Source of the DNA: the human T2T-CHM13v2.0 reference genome, Homo sapiens
Direction: 5' to 3' (one strand)
Length of the DNA: 64,000 nucleotides
Assembly: GCF_009914755.1 (NCBI RefSeq)
Contig: NC_060938.1
Shown here one piece after another: positions 17,841-33,139 of the stretch. Positions within the stretch are counted from its first letter, which is position 1, and the number at the start of each line of letters is the position of its first letter. The notes below the pieces were generated by a model. That model worked only from the letters and a program-made list of their open reading frames with translations, ran no database searches and was not told the origin of the DNA. The translations under genes and the position numbers were made by a program.

Positions 17841-20800
17841 GCACTGACAATTACTGAGTTTTTATAGAACCGTTAACAGGTTAGCCAATGAGTGAAAGAC
17901 TAATTTTTAAACTCAGGTATTAGTAAATGTCCTGATTTCATCACAAGAGAATTCTAAATCGAGTCAACTTCTGGTTCACCCAGGATTCCTTTTTCCCCAA
18001 AAGGAGAAATCTAGAAAGAATGTTCCAATTTTGTTTTATGTTAGGAAATAATATATTACCTCCTCAAGAGAGGAAATACCACATAAATTAAAAAGGGCAT
18101 GGTTGTCACAAATACTTTCAAAGTTTAAAAACTTCTATTTCATAAATACTGGCAAACACTGCCTCTTAAAGATAAAATTATGGTTTTCAGTTTTTCTGTA
18201 CTTCATCTCTTGTCTAGCTTTCCACCCCATATAGGTAGTACACACATGCATTTTATATGTGTTCAGGATACAGGGACTCCACCTATTCTTGACAACGTAA
18301 GTACAAAAGTTAATATAAGCTTATGGACACTACATAATAATGAGGGAGCCTAGGAAGTGGTACAAGGTGATAATTTTTACTGTCTGCTCACAACAGTGCA
18401 AATGTATGTCCTCCTGAAATTGATATGTAGAATCGAGCAATTCTGGGTCACAGTAGTCTTTTTCTCTGGGATGAGCATATGGTAAAAATCTTATAAAAGA
18501 ATTTAGAAATTGAAAATTATTTTCCAGCAATTATGCAGAGGAATAAATATGAAAACCAGAGACATGTTATATGGTACTGACTTCTCAGCTTCTTTTTGCT
18601 GTGATTGACACACTCAGGTAAAAATCCCTACCATTCCCTCTGTATCACTTGACATCTACTTGAGGGCCTAGTAAAGCTGTGGGAAGTTTCATACACTTAA
18701 TTTTCCTATTTATTTCTCTATTTTTTCCTCTTTTTATACAATACACTTGCCTTCACAGTCTTGGGCATTACTTCAGAAGTAAAATAAGTTGGATTCAGAT
18801 ATAAGATTAGCTGTAGGCACAAATATCAAGTAGGTATTTATTTTTGGTGACTACTCCTCGTAGAAACTTTGTACTCTTTGAAACAACTATAAAAACAAAT
18901 AGGCAAAATGTATGAAATGACAGTTTTTGGAAATTAGGAAATAGGCAGGCAGGGCAGTGATCCATTAGAAAAGGGAAACAGGTAAGGAGAGCCCTATCAC
19001 TGATGAACTTGCTGCAGAAAGGCAATTTTCAGGTCACAGGGCAGAATAGGAAATAAAGACCCACTATCTCACTGGGAGGAAGAGATAGAGTTCAGAGTTT
19101 GGGGAGCCCAAGGCAGCTAGAATTTACAAGGCACAGTACTAGAGAGAAGAGAGCTATGTAATAAGAGATCTAGAGATCTTTAGAGGCTTCTCCTTGAATA
19201 TTCAGCACAATAAATGCAAATGAAGAAACTAGCAAGCCTGGGGCAACAATCACCAAAAAAGGAGCAGAGAAGACATGAATTTTCCTATCTTCATAGAGAT
19301 ATAAATAGGAAAATTCAGTGTATGAAACTTCCCACAGCTTTACTTCTAGGCCCTCAAGTAGATGTCAAGTGATACAGATGGAATGGTAGGGATTTTTACC
19401 TGGGTGTGTCAAACATCAGGAGCCCCACAGGCTAGAAAGTTTGATTTCCAAACAGAAAGATGGAAAGACCTCTAATACATAGGTCATTGAATAGGGTTCT
19501 CAAAATGGTAATGCCTCAAAAGTAGGCCAAATTAGTCCTAAACCAAGAGCTGCTCTGGAACTGCCTAACAAAGCATGAAAGCAAGCCTTGAAAGGATCAA
19601 ACTGTTTCCAAATAACTATATCCCAGAACAAAGCCCCCAAATATTAAAAGAATAGAAAAAAAATCTACCTAAAAAAACAAACTTCACAATGCCTGCTATC
19701 CAATCAAAAATTTCCCAAAACCATGTACATCTTTTATGTATCCATAAAAGTAAATAATTACTATGCATGCAAAAACACAGGGAAATAGGACCCATAATAA
19801 GGAGAAGAGTCAATCACTAGTGACACCTGGAAATGACACAAATGATTGAATTCGAAGAACAAATAAATATAATAGCATTTATAAATATACTTTATGTGTT
19901 CAAGAAAGTAGACAGAATAGAGACAATTATACATGACACATGCGCACACACACATATATACATGCATATATAAATATATACATATAGATATCCAAATCAC
20001 ACTTGAGATGAAAAATATGCTAAAAGGGATTTACAGAAAATTAGACACTGCAAAGAACAGAGAAATCATCAAGAAACAGCAATATAAACTACACCAAATA
20101 AAATAGAGAAAGAAAAATAAAGCATCAGTGGCTTAGGAGACAACTAGAAGCAACCTAACATACATGTAATTGAAGTTTCAGAAGGAGAGGATGAGGAAGG
20201 GGAAGTTAGAAAAAAATATTCCAATAAATAATGGCTGAAACACTTGCAAGGTTCATAAAAACTATGAACACACAGATCCCAGAAGTTCAACAAAGCCCAA
20301 GTAGAAGAAACAGAAGAAAACTATACTCAGATACATCATGGTCAAACTGCTTAAAATAGATACAAGAACAAAATTCTAAAAGCAGCCAGAGCGGAAAGAC
20401 ACATTATATACAAAGGAATAAAGATAAGAATGACCATGAATTTTCCTTAAGAAATAATGCAATCTAGAAGACAACAGAATATTACCTATAAAATTCAGGG
20501 AGGAAAACTTTCAATCAAGGTAAAATATCCTTCAGAAAGTGAAAATGAAGACTTTTTAAGAAAGGTAAAAGCTGAGTAAATTTATCACCAGCAGCACCTG
20601 CTTATTTGTTATTAAAAAAAAAACAACCTCCAAGCATTCGGATAAAAATACTTGATAAAAATAAAAAGTCAGTAGAATTCATTATAATTATCAACTAAAG
20701 AAAAACCATATTATCATCTCAATAGATGTGGAAAATGTATTTGGCAAAAGTTCAACATCCACTTATGATTAAAAATCTCTTAGCAATGTAGAAATAGAAA

Positions 20801-22219
20801 AAATTGCTTCAGCCTGTTAAAAGTCCTCTACAAAAAAAAAAAAGGCACCATAGTTAATAAATATGGTTTGAATGTTTGCTCTTGTTATTGGGACTAGGAC
20901 AAGAAGGTCTATTCTTACCACTTCTACTTGGTATTGTGCTGAAAGTCCTAACCAGTTCAATACAGCAAGAAAAAAAAAAAGACATTATAAGTGAAGGAAT
21001 AAAGCCACCTTTATTCACAGACTACATGATCTTTTATGTGAATGATCCTAAGGGATCTTCAAAAATTTTTCAGATCTGATCCATTGGGTTAGCAAGGTGG
21101 CAGGACTCAAGGACAATATAAAAAAGTCAATTGTATTCCTATACATTGACAATAAACAAGAGGAAATTTAGATTGAAAAGCCAGTATTATTTAAACAAAA
21201 AAATATAAAACATTAGCAGATAATTTTGACAAAAAAGGAGCAAGACCTGTATAACAAAAACAAAATTTTGCTCAGATAAATTAACCAAGTGGCAATAAAT
21301 AAAGGTGATACAACATTCTCATTGATTAGAAGACTCAATATTGTAAGATATCAATTCTCTCCAAATTGATCTATAGATTGAATGCAACCAAAACAAAATC
21401 CTGCCATTTATTTTAGAAATTAACATGGTGATTCTAATATTTATATAAAAATGCAAAAACAGAATAGCTAAAACAATTTTTAAACAGGACAATGATGGAG
21501 CACATACAATACCTGATTTCATGACTATTTATAATGCTACAATAATCAACAGACTGTGGCATAGCAGTAAGTAGACATGTGGATAAATGGAACAAAATAG
21601 AGAGTCCAGAGATAGAACCAGACATAAATGATCAATTCATTTTCAAAAGAGGCATAAGGCAATTCAATGCGAAAAGAACACTATATTTAAAAGATGGTGC
21701 TAGAACAATTTGATGACTCAATGGGAAAGTCAACCAACCAATCTTGACACTAATTTCATACAATATACAAAAAGTAAACTCTATCACAGAATTCTAAGTG
21801 CTGAAGCTGACATTTAAAGCAGACAATATAGGAAAACATATTTGGGACTTTGAGTTCGGCAAACATTTTCTAAATAGGACATAAAAAGCACAACCTATAA
21901 AAGAAAAAGTCAATGTTAGACTTCATTAAATTAAAACCTTTTGCTCTTTGAAAAACACTAAGAAAGTTACAGAGTGGGATAAAATGTTTGCACAACATAT
22001 ATAACCAAAGATTTGCATCTAGAATGTATATAGAATTCTTACAACTTTAAAGAGGCAAAAAATTCAATATAAAATGGGTGAAAGGTTTGAACAGGTACTT
22101 CATCAGAGGACATATGGAAGGCAAAAAAATCAAATAAAAAGATGCTTAACATCATTAGTCATTATAAAAATGCAAATTAATATCACAATATAACAGCTGT
22201 AAACATCCAGTAGAATCTC

Positions 22220-22498
22220 TTTTTTGGGCTATGTGGTCTTCTGTTGTTGTAGCATAAAGGTAACCACAGATAATACAAAAATGAATGAATATGTCTGTGT
22301 TGGGGTAAAATTTTATTCATATACTTTGTATATTTTATGGTTTACATTTTACAAATCTGAATTGTGAATATCTTTTACATTTACAAAACAGTTTTCCCCA
22401 ACAATTTAAAAATATAAAAAGAGTATCTAATTCAGGGGCCATACAGAAACAGATTGCAGGCCAGATTTGGCCAATAGAACATAGTTTGCAGATCCCTG
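22220..22498 (-). mobile_element. MER58B (hAT-Charlie MITE) inside the L1M
   Basis: Ends ggccagatttggccaatagaacatagtttgcagatccctg. Confidence 0.75.
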
Positions 22499-22698
22499 GT
22501 GTAGAGCAACACTGTTGTGGGAATTTAACAGTACAACCATTTTAAAAACAGTTGTGTATTTACCCAATAGACGAAGCATATAAACACATAACAGTTTGTA
22601 CGTGAATGTTCATAGCAACTTTATTTGTAGTAGCCCCAAACTGAAAACAACTTAAATATCCATCAACGGGTGTTGGTATTAAAGTAACATTGTAATAC

Positions 22699-22940
22699 TT
22701 TTTTTTTTTTTTTTTTTTTTTGGAGACAAAGTCTCACTCTGTCACCAGGCTGGAGTGCAGTTATGTGATCTCAGCTCACTGCAACCTCCTACACCCTGGT
22801 TCAAGCGTTTCTCCTGCCTCACCCTCCTGAGTAGCTGGGATTACAGGCATGCGCCACCACACCCAGCAATTTTTTTCTATTTTTAGTAGAGATGAGGTTT
22901 CACCATGTTGGCTAGGATTGTCTCCATCTCCTGACCTCAT
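22699..22940 (-). mobile_element. Partial AluSc-like copy duplicated from 23905-24147
   Basis: Shares private substitutions and 21 bp of flank with the downstream Alu (see findings). Confidence 0.9.
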
Positions 22941-23789
22941 CAGGACATCCATCAACGGGTGATGGATATTCATGCCACAGAGTTTCCATTAAACTATCAA
23001 TACACACAACATAGAATACATCTTAAAATAATTACGGTGAGTGAAAGGAGCCTATTTAAAAAAAAAAGAGTACAGGGTCATTTGCTCTTAAATAACAATA
23101 TGACTTCATTTATGATAAATTCTACTTAATGGAAGTTCATCTATTGTGAAAAAAAGCAGAACAGTAGTTTCCTGGGCAGGTGAGAGAGAGATGGAATACA
23201 AAGGGCCACAAGGAAACATTTGTAAGAAATGTTCATTATTTTGGTTGTAGTGATGGTTTCTGAAGTGAATACATATATCAAAATCATCAAATTATATACT
23301 TTAAATATGCAAATTGCATTTTACATTCACTACAACTCACTGTAAGAAACAAACACGTCCTCAGAAACAACTTTATAAATTTTACTTTCTACTGTAAATG
23401 TAAGTTAATTATTACCCGTCTGGGACACTCGCTTTTTAAACTTTGCCTCTAATTACAGAACAGCGAGTTTTAATTTCTTCAATATGGCACCAGGTTTTAG
23501 CAAGTAGATGAGGATTATACCTGGAGAATCAAGCAAATAAGAGGCAAGCATAACGATATCTGAAGGAAGGAAGAAATATGTTGTAAGAGAAATATATATA
23601 CCATTTACATGTTTACTTTTTTGACTATGAATAAAACCAGACTTCTAGGGAAGTGAGAATTTAAGATGGTCTCTCTTCCTTAGCAATTTTAAGATCAATT
23701 TGATTTCCCCATGTCTTAAGATTGCAAATGAGACAAGTTGTTGTCAATTATGCCAACTGGTGGGTAGAGAGTGAAGAATGTAAGTTGCA

Positions 23790-24209
<420 letters not shown>

Positions 24210-26329
24210 TGTAAAACCTTTTAATTAGTTTCTGTTATACATTAATCAGACATCAACCAACTGGTACTATGGACAAGTAGTAGTAGACAAGTTTATTTAG
24301 TTCTTTTAACAAGAAAAATATGAGATTATATCAAAGATCACAATGGTCAAAATGCATCACTGCCCTGGCCATTTTTCCTCCCTGTATGTGTCTGGAAGCT
24401 GTTAACACACATACATCTGAAATGTGCATAGAGTAAGTTTTGGTATAAGAGATGGTGTAGATTTCCCAAAAGAGTCCATTTAAAATAGTTTGATATACAT
24501 GTGAGCTTAAAAATTGTTGGACCCATATAAATTTAGGACACATTGTTCCTAAAAATCAGTAACAGTGGTTTAGATTTTAATCCTGAGAGATAAGTTGGGT
24601 GTGAGGTGATAATATAGAGCTTTCTGCTATACTTAATGACACTAGTTATATTCAGCACTGATTAAAAGGTTGAAGTAAGTTCAAATATCATTGCTTTCAT
24701 TTTGGTTGGTGAACCCCAAATGGAAACTCTGAAGCCCAAATTGATTTACAAAGTCTTTTTATTCTCAGGCATCTTTGCTTCTTAAATGTATAAGCAGCAC
24801 AGCATTACTTCACAAGCAAAAGCTTTGCAAGGTTATCCTTTTTTGTCTGTTTTTCCTGGTAGCTCTCTTGTCTCCTATGCTTGCATTACACATTCTGAAT
24901 AGGACCCTGTGAATGTAATTAAGGGTCACACATATGGTATAAAGAGTAGGGGATGAGGAATTAATTTCTCAGTTTTGCTTTCCTGGGCTACAAATTGGTT
25001 TGCAAGTTACTATTCAATTCAGCAACACAGAGCTCAAAGGAAAAGACCAAACTGCTACAGCTGCTCTGCATTATGAAAAAGCAAGATGGGGAAGGGGAAG
25101 GGAAGATTAGATTTTATTTGCACACAAAATGAACATCTACAGTCTGCACACTCTTTTTGGGAATGGCTCTGTGTTTTGGATTAGGTTGGGTTTTTAAAAT
25201 CTTTATCTTTTCCTCCCAAGTTCTACTCAGTTCATGAACATCATTAAAACTCAGACAGAGTACTCTTCTGGGCCTCATTCATGCAAATTCTGGACTATTC
25301 AAAAGGAAGAACATAAAGATTACACAGAAAGCCCAGGAAAATGCACTCTGAGGGTGGTTATTAATGACATCAATGAATTTGGGGAGCAGGATTAAACCAC
25401 TGAGCCACTTTCACAAACGTAATTCCAAAGTGTGGTTTATTGCAGAATATATGACAGTCACTAAGAAAGTGAAGATTAAAATGCTTTTAAAGACAAAAAA
25501 CAAACAACAACAACAAAACAAAAAACACCACACCACCAACAATCTTTAAAATGGGTGTACCTGTCTACTAATTGATTATCTTAATGGAGTTTGTCATGCT
25601 TACCATTTTGTTCCTATTCATAGTCAATTGGTTAGGCTTCCAGGAAATCAAATAAAACTAGCCTGGCATCCTTTACATAATTATATTCACCAGCTGGTTC
25701 AAATGTGTTTTTAACATCTCAGTAACACATCAATAGTACCGCCTTAACTTGTAAAGTTCCATCTTAACATTTGCATCTATTACATAACATTAGTGGAAAT
25801 TTTACAGGTTTTCTCCTACAAAAGGTATTGTCATTTCTGGGCTCTTCCCCAAATTGTTAAGCAGTCAAATCTTGATTTGATTCCCTCTTTTTTACAGTGT
25901 ACTCAGTTCCTCCCATTTTATCCCAAATGAGGTACCATAGCAATCTAAGCAACTTTTTTCCTTTCTCCCATACTCACACCAACTTTTACCCTGTCTTCAT
26001 CTTTATCCACCTGCTGCTCAACGTAACAGACCGCGGACATACATCTGTTTCCTTCCACCTCAAGAAGGGAAAGGCAGAAACAATATATGCAAACAAAAAG
26101 AAACCATATAGCTCTAGGGAAGTTGGAGGGTGAGAGAAGGAATAAAAAGAAGGAATAAAAGGAGCAATAAATGAAGCACACTTTTGAGGACTTGCTAGAA
26201 GACAGTATATGTGAATCAGACTGATAAAGCAGAGATAAACTTTTGGAGAAGACAGTTGATGCATGGATAGGTAATCCTGATGCTCTGAAAAACCTACAAA
26301 AACTCAGGTAACAACAATGCACTGTCAAT

Positions 26330-26860
26330 AATTATTACTACAAATTAAAAATATAATGGCAGATTTATTAATCTAGTGAGTAAACAAAATAATTAAATGG
26401 GAAGAGCAAAAAGAAGTTGTCAACTTAGAAGATAAAATTGGGAAAATTTCACAGGATGAAGCATAAAAGAGAATGAGTAAGAAAAAATACCAAAATTCAT
26501 GAATGAGATCTAGAAAATTTAATGTCATTTAGTAGGAATTATAGGAAAAAGCAAAGGAGAAGAAAAGGCAATCTTATTACATGAATACCAAATAATTTCC
26601 TTGAGCTAAAGAATAACAGCCTTCTGATTGAGTAAAATCACTAAGTATCAAGCAGAAAAAAACTTCTTAGAAATCCACATTTATATAGATCCTGATGAAA
26701 TTTCAGAACTCAAAGATAGAGAGGAAATGTTAAAAGCAACAAGAGGTGAGAGAGTAGTTTCCCTACTACAGAATGAGAATTATGTCACAATCAGACTCTG
26801 CATTAGCAATCATGGATGCTAGAAAACAATAAGACAGTCTTCAAAGTATTAAAAAAAATA
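26330..26860 (+). mobile_element. Ancient L1 ORF1-like fragment (HAL1/L1M5-type)
   Basis: aatttccttgagctaaagaa, gaaatttcagaactcaaagatagagaggaaatgttaaaagcaac, atggatgctagaaaacaat are ORF1 C-terminal-like. Confidence 0.6.
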
Positions 26861-27326
26861 TATTGACCGTGACTGGCAAGATGGCCAAATAGGAGCAGCT
26901 CCAGCCTGCAGACGAGAGCAACAACAAAGGCAGGTGATTTCTGCATTTCCAAGTAAAGTACCCAGCTCATCTCATTGGGACTGGTCAGACAGTGGGTGCG
27001 GCCCACGGAGGGCAAGCTGAAGCAGGGTGGGGCATCGCCTCACCTGGGAAGTGCAAGGGTTTGGAGAACTCCCTCCCCTAAGCCAAGGGAAGCCGTGAGG
27101 GACTGTGCCATGAGGAACGGTGCACTCTGGCCCCAGAAAAGTGCACTACGCTTTTCCCACGGTCTTCACAGCCCACAGACCAGGAGATTCCCTCGGATGG
27201 CTACACCACCAGGGCCCTGGGTTTCAATCACAAAACTGGGTGGCCATTTGAGAAGAAACTGAGCTAGCTGCAGGAGTTCTTTTCCATATCCCAGTGGCGC
27301 CTGGAATGCCAATGAGACAGAACCAT

Positions 27327-27503
27327 TCACTCCACCTGGAAAGGGGGTTGAAGCCAGGGAGCCAAGTGGTCTAGCTCAGTGGATCCCACCCCCATGGAAC
27401 CTAGCAACCTAAGATCCACTGGCTTGAAATTCTCACTGCCAGCACAGCAGTCTGAAGTTGACCTGGGACACTCAAGCTTGGTGGGGGGAGGGGCGTCCGC
27501 CAT
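27327..27503 (-). CDS. L1 ORF0-like antisense ORF (58 aa); expression unproven
   Basis: MADAPPPTKLECPRSTSDCCAGSEN…MGVGS resembles the L1Hs ORF0 start MAGAPPP…SDCCASN…VGVG; context gtaATGg. Confidence 0.45.
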   Translation of the reverse strand: MADAPPPTKLECPRSTSDCCAGSENFKPVDLRLLGSMGVGSTELDHLAPWLQPPFQVE

Positions 27504-28207
27504 TACTGAGGCTTGAATAGGTGGTTTTCCCCTCACAGTGTGAACAAAGCCACCCGGAAGTTCGAACTGGGCAGAGTCCACCACAGCTCAGCGAAGCCAC
27601 TGTAGCCAGACTGCCTCTCTAGAGTCCTCCTCTCTGGGCAGGGCATCTGTGAAAGAAATGCAGCAGCCCTAGTCAGGGACTTATATATAAAACTCCCATC
27701 TCCCTGGGACAGAGCACCTGGGAGAAGGGGTGGCTGTGGGCACAGCTTCAGTAGACTTAAATGTTCCTTCCTGCTGGCTCTGAAAAGAGCAGTGGATCTC
27801 CCAGCACAGCGCTTAAGCTCTGCTAAGGGACAGACTGCATCCTCAAGTGGGTCCCTGACCCCTGTGCCTCCCTGACTGGGACACACCTCCCAGCAAGGCT
27901 CGACAGACACCTCATACAGGAGAGCTCCAGCTGGCATCTGGCGGGTGCCCCTCTGGGACAAAGCTTCCACAGGAAGGAAGAGTCAGCAATCTTTGCTGTT
28001 CTGCAGCCTCCACTGGTGATACCTAGGCAAACAGGGTGTGGAGTGGATCCCCAGCAAACTCCAGCAGACCTGTAGAAGAGGGGCCTGACTGTTAGAAGGA
28101 AAACTAAGAAACAGAAAGGAATAGCATCAACATCAACAAAAAAGAATGTCCACCCAGAAATCCCATCCAAAGGTCACCAGAATCAAAGACCAAAGGTAGG
28201 TAAATCC

Positions 28208-29240
28208 ATGAAGATGAGGAAAAACCAGCACAAAAAGTCTGAAAATTCCGAAAACCACAACGCCTCTTCTCCTCCAAAGGATCACAACTCCTTGCCAGCA
28301 AAGGAGCAAAACTGGATGGAGAATGAGTGTGACGAATTGACAGAAGTATGCTTCAGAAGGTGGGTAATAACAAACTCCTCTGAGCTAAAGGAGCATGTTC
28401 TAATCCAATGCAAGGAAGCTAAGAACCTTGAAAAAAGATTTGATGAATTTCTAACTAGAATAACCAGCTTAGAGAAGAATACAAATGAGCTGATGGAGAT
28501 GAAAAACATAGCATGAGAACTTTGTGAAGCATACATAAGTATCAATTGCTGAATCTATCAAGTGAAAGAAAGGATATCAGAGATTGAAGATCAACTTAAT
28601 GAAATAAACCATGAAGACAAGATTAGAGAAAAAAAGAATGAAAAGGAACGAACAAAGCCTCCAAGAAATATGGGACTATGTGAAAAGACTAAACCTACGT
28701 TTGATTGGTGTACCTGAAAGTGACAGGGAGAATGGAACCAAGTAGGAAAACACTCTTCAGGATATTATCCAGGAGAACGTCCCCAGTCAGCAAGAAAAGC
28801 CAACATTCAAATTCAGAAAATACAGAGAATACTACAAAGATACTCCTTGAGAAGGGTAACCGTAAGATATATAATTGTCAGATTCACCAAGGTTGAAGTG
28901 AAGGAAAAATTGTTAAGGACAGCTAGAGAGAAAGGTCAGGTTACCCACAAAGGGAAGTCCACCAGACTAACAGTGGATCTCTCAGCAGAAACCCTATAAG
29001 CCAGAAGAGATTGTGGGTACAATATTCAACATTCTTAAAGAAAAGAATTTTCAACCCAGAATTTCATATCCAGCCAAACTAAGCTTCATAAGTGAAGGAG
29101 AAGTAAAATCCTTTACAGAGGAGCAAATGCTGAGAGATTTTGTCACAAGCAGTCCTGCCTTACAAGAGCTCCTGAAGGAAGCACTAAACATGGAAAAGAA
29201 CAAACAGTACCAGCCACTGCAAAAACATACCAAATTGTAA
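28208..29240 (+). pseudogene. Disrupted L1 ORF1p
   Basis: ORFs 28208-28516 (…ASSPPKDHNS…WMENE) and 29013-29240 (FNILKEKNFQPRISYPAKLSF) with intervening stops and frameshifts. Confidence 0.93.
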
Positions 29241-29303
29241 AGACTATCGATGCTATGAAGAAACTGCATCAACTAACAGGCAAAATAACCAGCTTGCCTC
29301 ATA

Positions 29304-32300
29304 ATGACAGGATTGAATTCACACATAACAATATTAACCTTAAATGTAAATGGGCTAAATGTTCCAATTAAAAGACAGACTCACAAATTGGATAGAGTCA
29401 AGACCCATCAGTGTGCTGTATTCAGGAGACCCATCTCACATGAAAAGACACACATTGGCTCAAAATAAAGGGATGGAGGAATATCTACCAAGCAAATGGA
29501 AAGCAAAAAAAAAAAAAAAACAAGGGTTGCAATCCTAGTCTCTGATAAAACAGACTTTAAAACAACAAAGGTCAAAAAAGACAAAGAAGGGCATTACATA
29601 ATGGCGAAGGGATCAATGCAACAAGAAGAGCAAACTATCCTAAATATATATGCACCAAATACAGGAACACCCAGATTCATAAAGCAAGTTCTTAGAGACC
29701 TACAAAGAGACTTACACTCCCACACAATAATAGTGGGAGATTTTAATACCCCACTGTCAAAATTAGACAGAGCATCAAGGCAGAAAATTAACAAGGATAT
29801 TCAGGACTTGAACTCAGTTCTGGACCAAGTGGAACTAATAGACATCTACAGAACTCTCCACCCCAAATCAACAGAATACACATTCTTCTCAGCACCATAA
29901 TGGACTTATTCTAAAATTGGCCACATAATTGAAGTAAAACACTCCTCAGAAAATGCAAAAGAACAGAAATCATAACAAACGGTCTCTCAGACCACAGTGC
30001 AATCAAATTATAACTCAGGATTAAGAAACTCACTCAAAACCACCCAACTGCATGAAAACCGAACACCCTGCTCCTGAATGACTACTGGATAAATAACAAA
30101 ATTAAGGCAGAAATAAATAAGTTCCTTGAAACCAATGAGAACAAAGACACATGTACCAGAATCTCTGGGACACAGCTCAATCAGTGTTTCTAGAGGGAAA
30201 TTTATAGTACTAAATCCCCACAGGAGAAAGCAGGAAAGATCTAAAATCGACACCCTAATATCACAATTAAAAGAACTAGAGAAGCAAGAGCAAACAAATT
30301 CAAAAGCTAGCAGAAAACAAGAAATAACTAAGATCAGAGCAGAACTGAAGGAGACAGAGGCATGAAAAACTATTCAAAAAAAAATCAATGAATTAAGGAG
30401 CTGGGTTTTTTTTTTTTAAAGATCAACAAAATAGACCGCTAGCAAGATGAATAAAGAAGAAAAGAGAGAAGAATCAAATAGACACAATAAAAAATGATAA
30501 AGGGGATGTCACCACTGATCCCAAAGTAATACAAACTACCATCAGAGAATACTATAAACACCTCTATGCAAATAAACTGGAAAATCTAGGAGAAATGGAT
30601 AACTTCCTGAACACATACACCCTCCCAAGACTAAACCAGGAAGAAGTCAAATCCCTGAATAGACCAATTACAAACTCTGAAATGGAGGCAGTAATTAACA
30701 GCCTACCAACCAAAAAAAAAAAAAAAATGCCCAGGACCAGACGAATTCACAGTCAAATTCTACCAGAGGTACAAAGAGGAGCTGGTACCATTCCACCTGA
30801 AACTATTCCAAACAACAGAAAAATATGGACTTCTCCCTAACTAATTTTATGAGGCCAACATCAACCTGATACCAAAACCTGGCAGAGACACAATAAAAGA
30901 GAAAATTTCAGGCCAATATCCCTGATGAACATCAATGTGAAAATCCTCAATAAAATACTGGCAAACCGAATCCAGCAGCATGTCAAAAAGCTTATCCACC
31001 ACAATCAAGTCAGCTTCATCCCTGGGCTGCAAGGCTGGTTCAACATAGGCAGATCAATAAATGTAATCCATCATATAAACAGAACCAATGACAGAAATCA
31101 CATGATTACCTCAATAGATGCAGAAAAGGCCTTCGATAAAATTCAACATCCCTTCATGCTAAAAACTCTCAATAAACTAGGTATTGAGGTAACTTATCTC
31201 AAAATAGTAAGAGCTATTTATGACAAGCGCACAGCCAATATTATAGTGAATGGGCAAAAGCTGGAAGAATTCCCTTTGAAAACTGGCACAAGACAAGGAT
31301 GCCCTTTCTCACCACTCCTATTCAACATAGTATTGGAAGTTCTGGCCAGGGCAATCAGGCAAGAGAAATAAATAAAGAGTATTCAAATAGGAAGAGAGGA
31401 AGTCAAATTGTCTCTGTTTGTAGGTGACATGATTGTATGTTTAGGAAACCCCATTGTCTCAGCCCCAAATCTCCTTAAGCTGATAAACAACTTCAACAAA
31501 GTCTCAGGATACAAAATCAATGTGCAAAAATCACAAGCATTCCTATACATCAATAACAGACAGAGAGCCAAATCATGAGTAAACTCCCATTCACAATTGC
31601 TACAAAGAGAATAAAATACCTAGGAATACAACTTACAAGGGATGTGAAGGACCTCTTCAAGGAGAACTATAAATCACTGCTCAAGGATATAGGAGAGTAC
31701 ACAAACAAATGGAAAAACATTCCATGCTCATGGATGAGAAGAATCAATATTGTGAAAATGGCCATACTGCCCAAAGTAATTTATAGAATCAATGCTATCT
31801 CCATGAAGCTACCACTGACTTTCATCACAGAATTAGAAAAAACTACTTTAACCTTCATATGGAACCAAAAAAGACTCCGTATAGCCAAGTCAATCCTAAG
31901 CAAAAAGAACAAAGCTGGAGGCATCACAGTAGCTGACTTCAAACTATACTACAAGGCTACGGTAACCAAAACAGCAAGGTACTGACACCAAAACAGATAT
32001 ATAGACCAATGGAACAGAACACAGGCCTCAGAAATATCACTACACATCTACAACCATCTGATCTTTGACAAACCTGACACAAACAAGCAATGGGGAAAGG
32101 ATTCCCTATTTAATAAATGGTGTTGGGAAAACTGGCTAGCCATATGCAGAAAACTGAAAATGGACCCCTTCCTTATACCTTATACAAAAATCAACTCAAG
32201 ATGGATTAAAGATTTAAACATAAGACGTAAAACCATAAGAACACTGTAAGAAAACCTAGGCAATACCATTCAGGACATATGCATTTGCAAAGACTTCATG

Positions 32301-33139
32301 TCTAAAACACCAAAAGCAATGGCAACTTAGGCCAAAATTGACAAATGGGATCTAATTAAACTAAAGAGCTTCTGCATAACAAAAGAAACTATCATCAGAG
32401 TGAACAGGCGATCTACAGAATGAGAGAACATTTTTGCAATCTATGCAACTGACAAAGGGCTAATATCCAGAATCTATAAAGAACTTAACCAACTTTACAA
32501 GAAAAAAACAACCCCATCAAAAAGTGGGCAAATGATATGAACAGACACTTTTCAAAAGAAGACATTTATGCAGCCAACGAACATATGAAAAAATGCTCAT
32601 CATCACTGGTCATTAGAGAAATGCAAATCAAAAACATAATGAAATACCATCTCATGCCAGTTAGAATGGCAATCATTAAAAAGTCAGGAAACAATAGATG
32701 CCGCAGAGGATGTGGAGAAATAGGAAAGCTTTTACACTGTTGGTGGGAGTGTAAATTAGTTCAACCATTGTGGAAGACAGTGTGGCAATTCCTCAAGGAT
32801 CTGGAACTAGAAATACCATTTGACCCAGCGATCCCATTACTGAGTATATACCCAAAGGATTATAAATCATTCTACTATAAAGACACATGTACACGCATGT
32901 TTATCGCAGCACTATTAACAATAGCACAGACTTGGAACCCACCCAAATGCCCATAAGTGATAGACTGGATAAAGAAAATATGGCATATAAATATCATGGA
33001 ATACTATGCAGCCACAAAAAAGGATGAGTTCATGTCCTTTGCAGGGACATGGATGAAGCTGGAAACTATCATTCACAGCAAACTATCACAAGAACAGAAA
33101 ACCAAGCACCACATGTTCTCACTTATAAGTGGGAGTTGA
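29304..33139 (+). pseudogene. Disrupted L1 ORF2p (endonuclease and reverse transcriptase)
   Basis: ATG at 29304; fragments VAILVSDKTDF…[45 protein letters not shown]. Confidence 0.95.

Larger units (their letters stand above)
18790..23335 (+). mobile_element. Old LINE-1 (L1ME/MD-type): 5' region, ORF1 remnant, internally deleted ORF2, 3'UTR
   Basis: ORF1-like 20000-20590 (cagatcccagaagttcaaca, aaattctaaaagcagccagag); ORF2-like 20690-22200 (atcatctcaatagatgtggaaaatg); L1ME-like 3'UTR to 23335. Confidence 0.8.

Noticed and set aside
25945-26328. 127-aa minus-strand ORF
   Set aside because: Ser/Phe/Leu-rich product of a pyrimidine-rich strand; no family similarity
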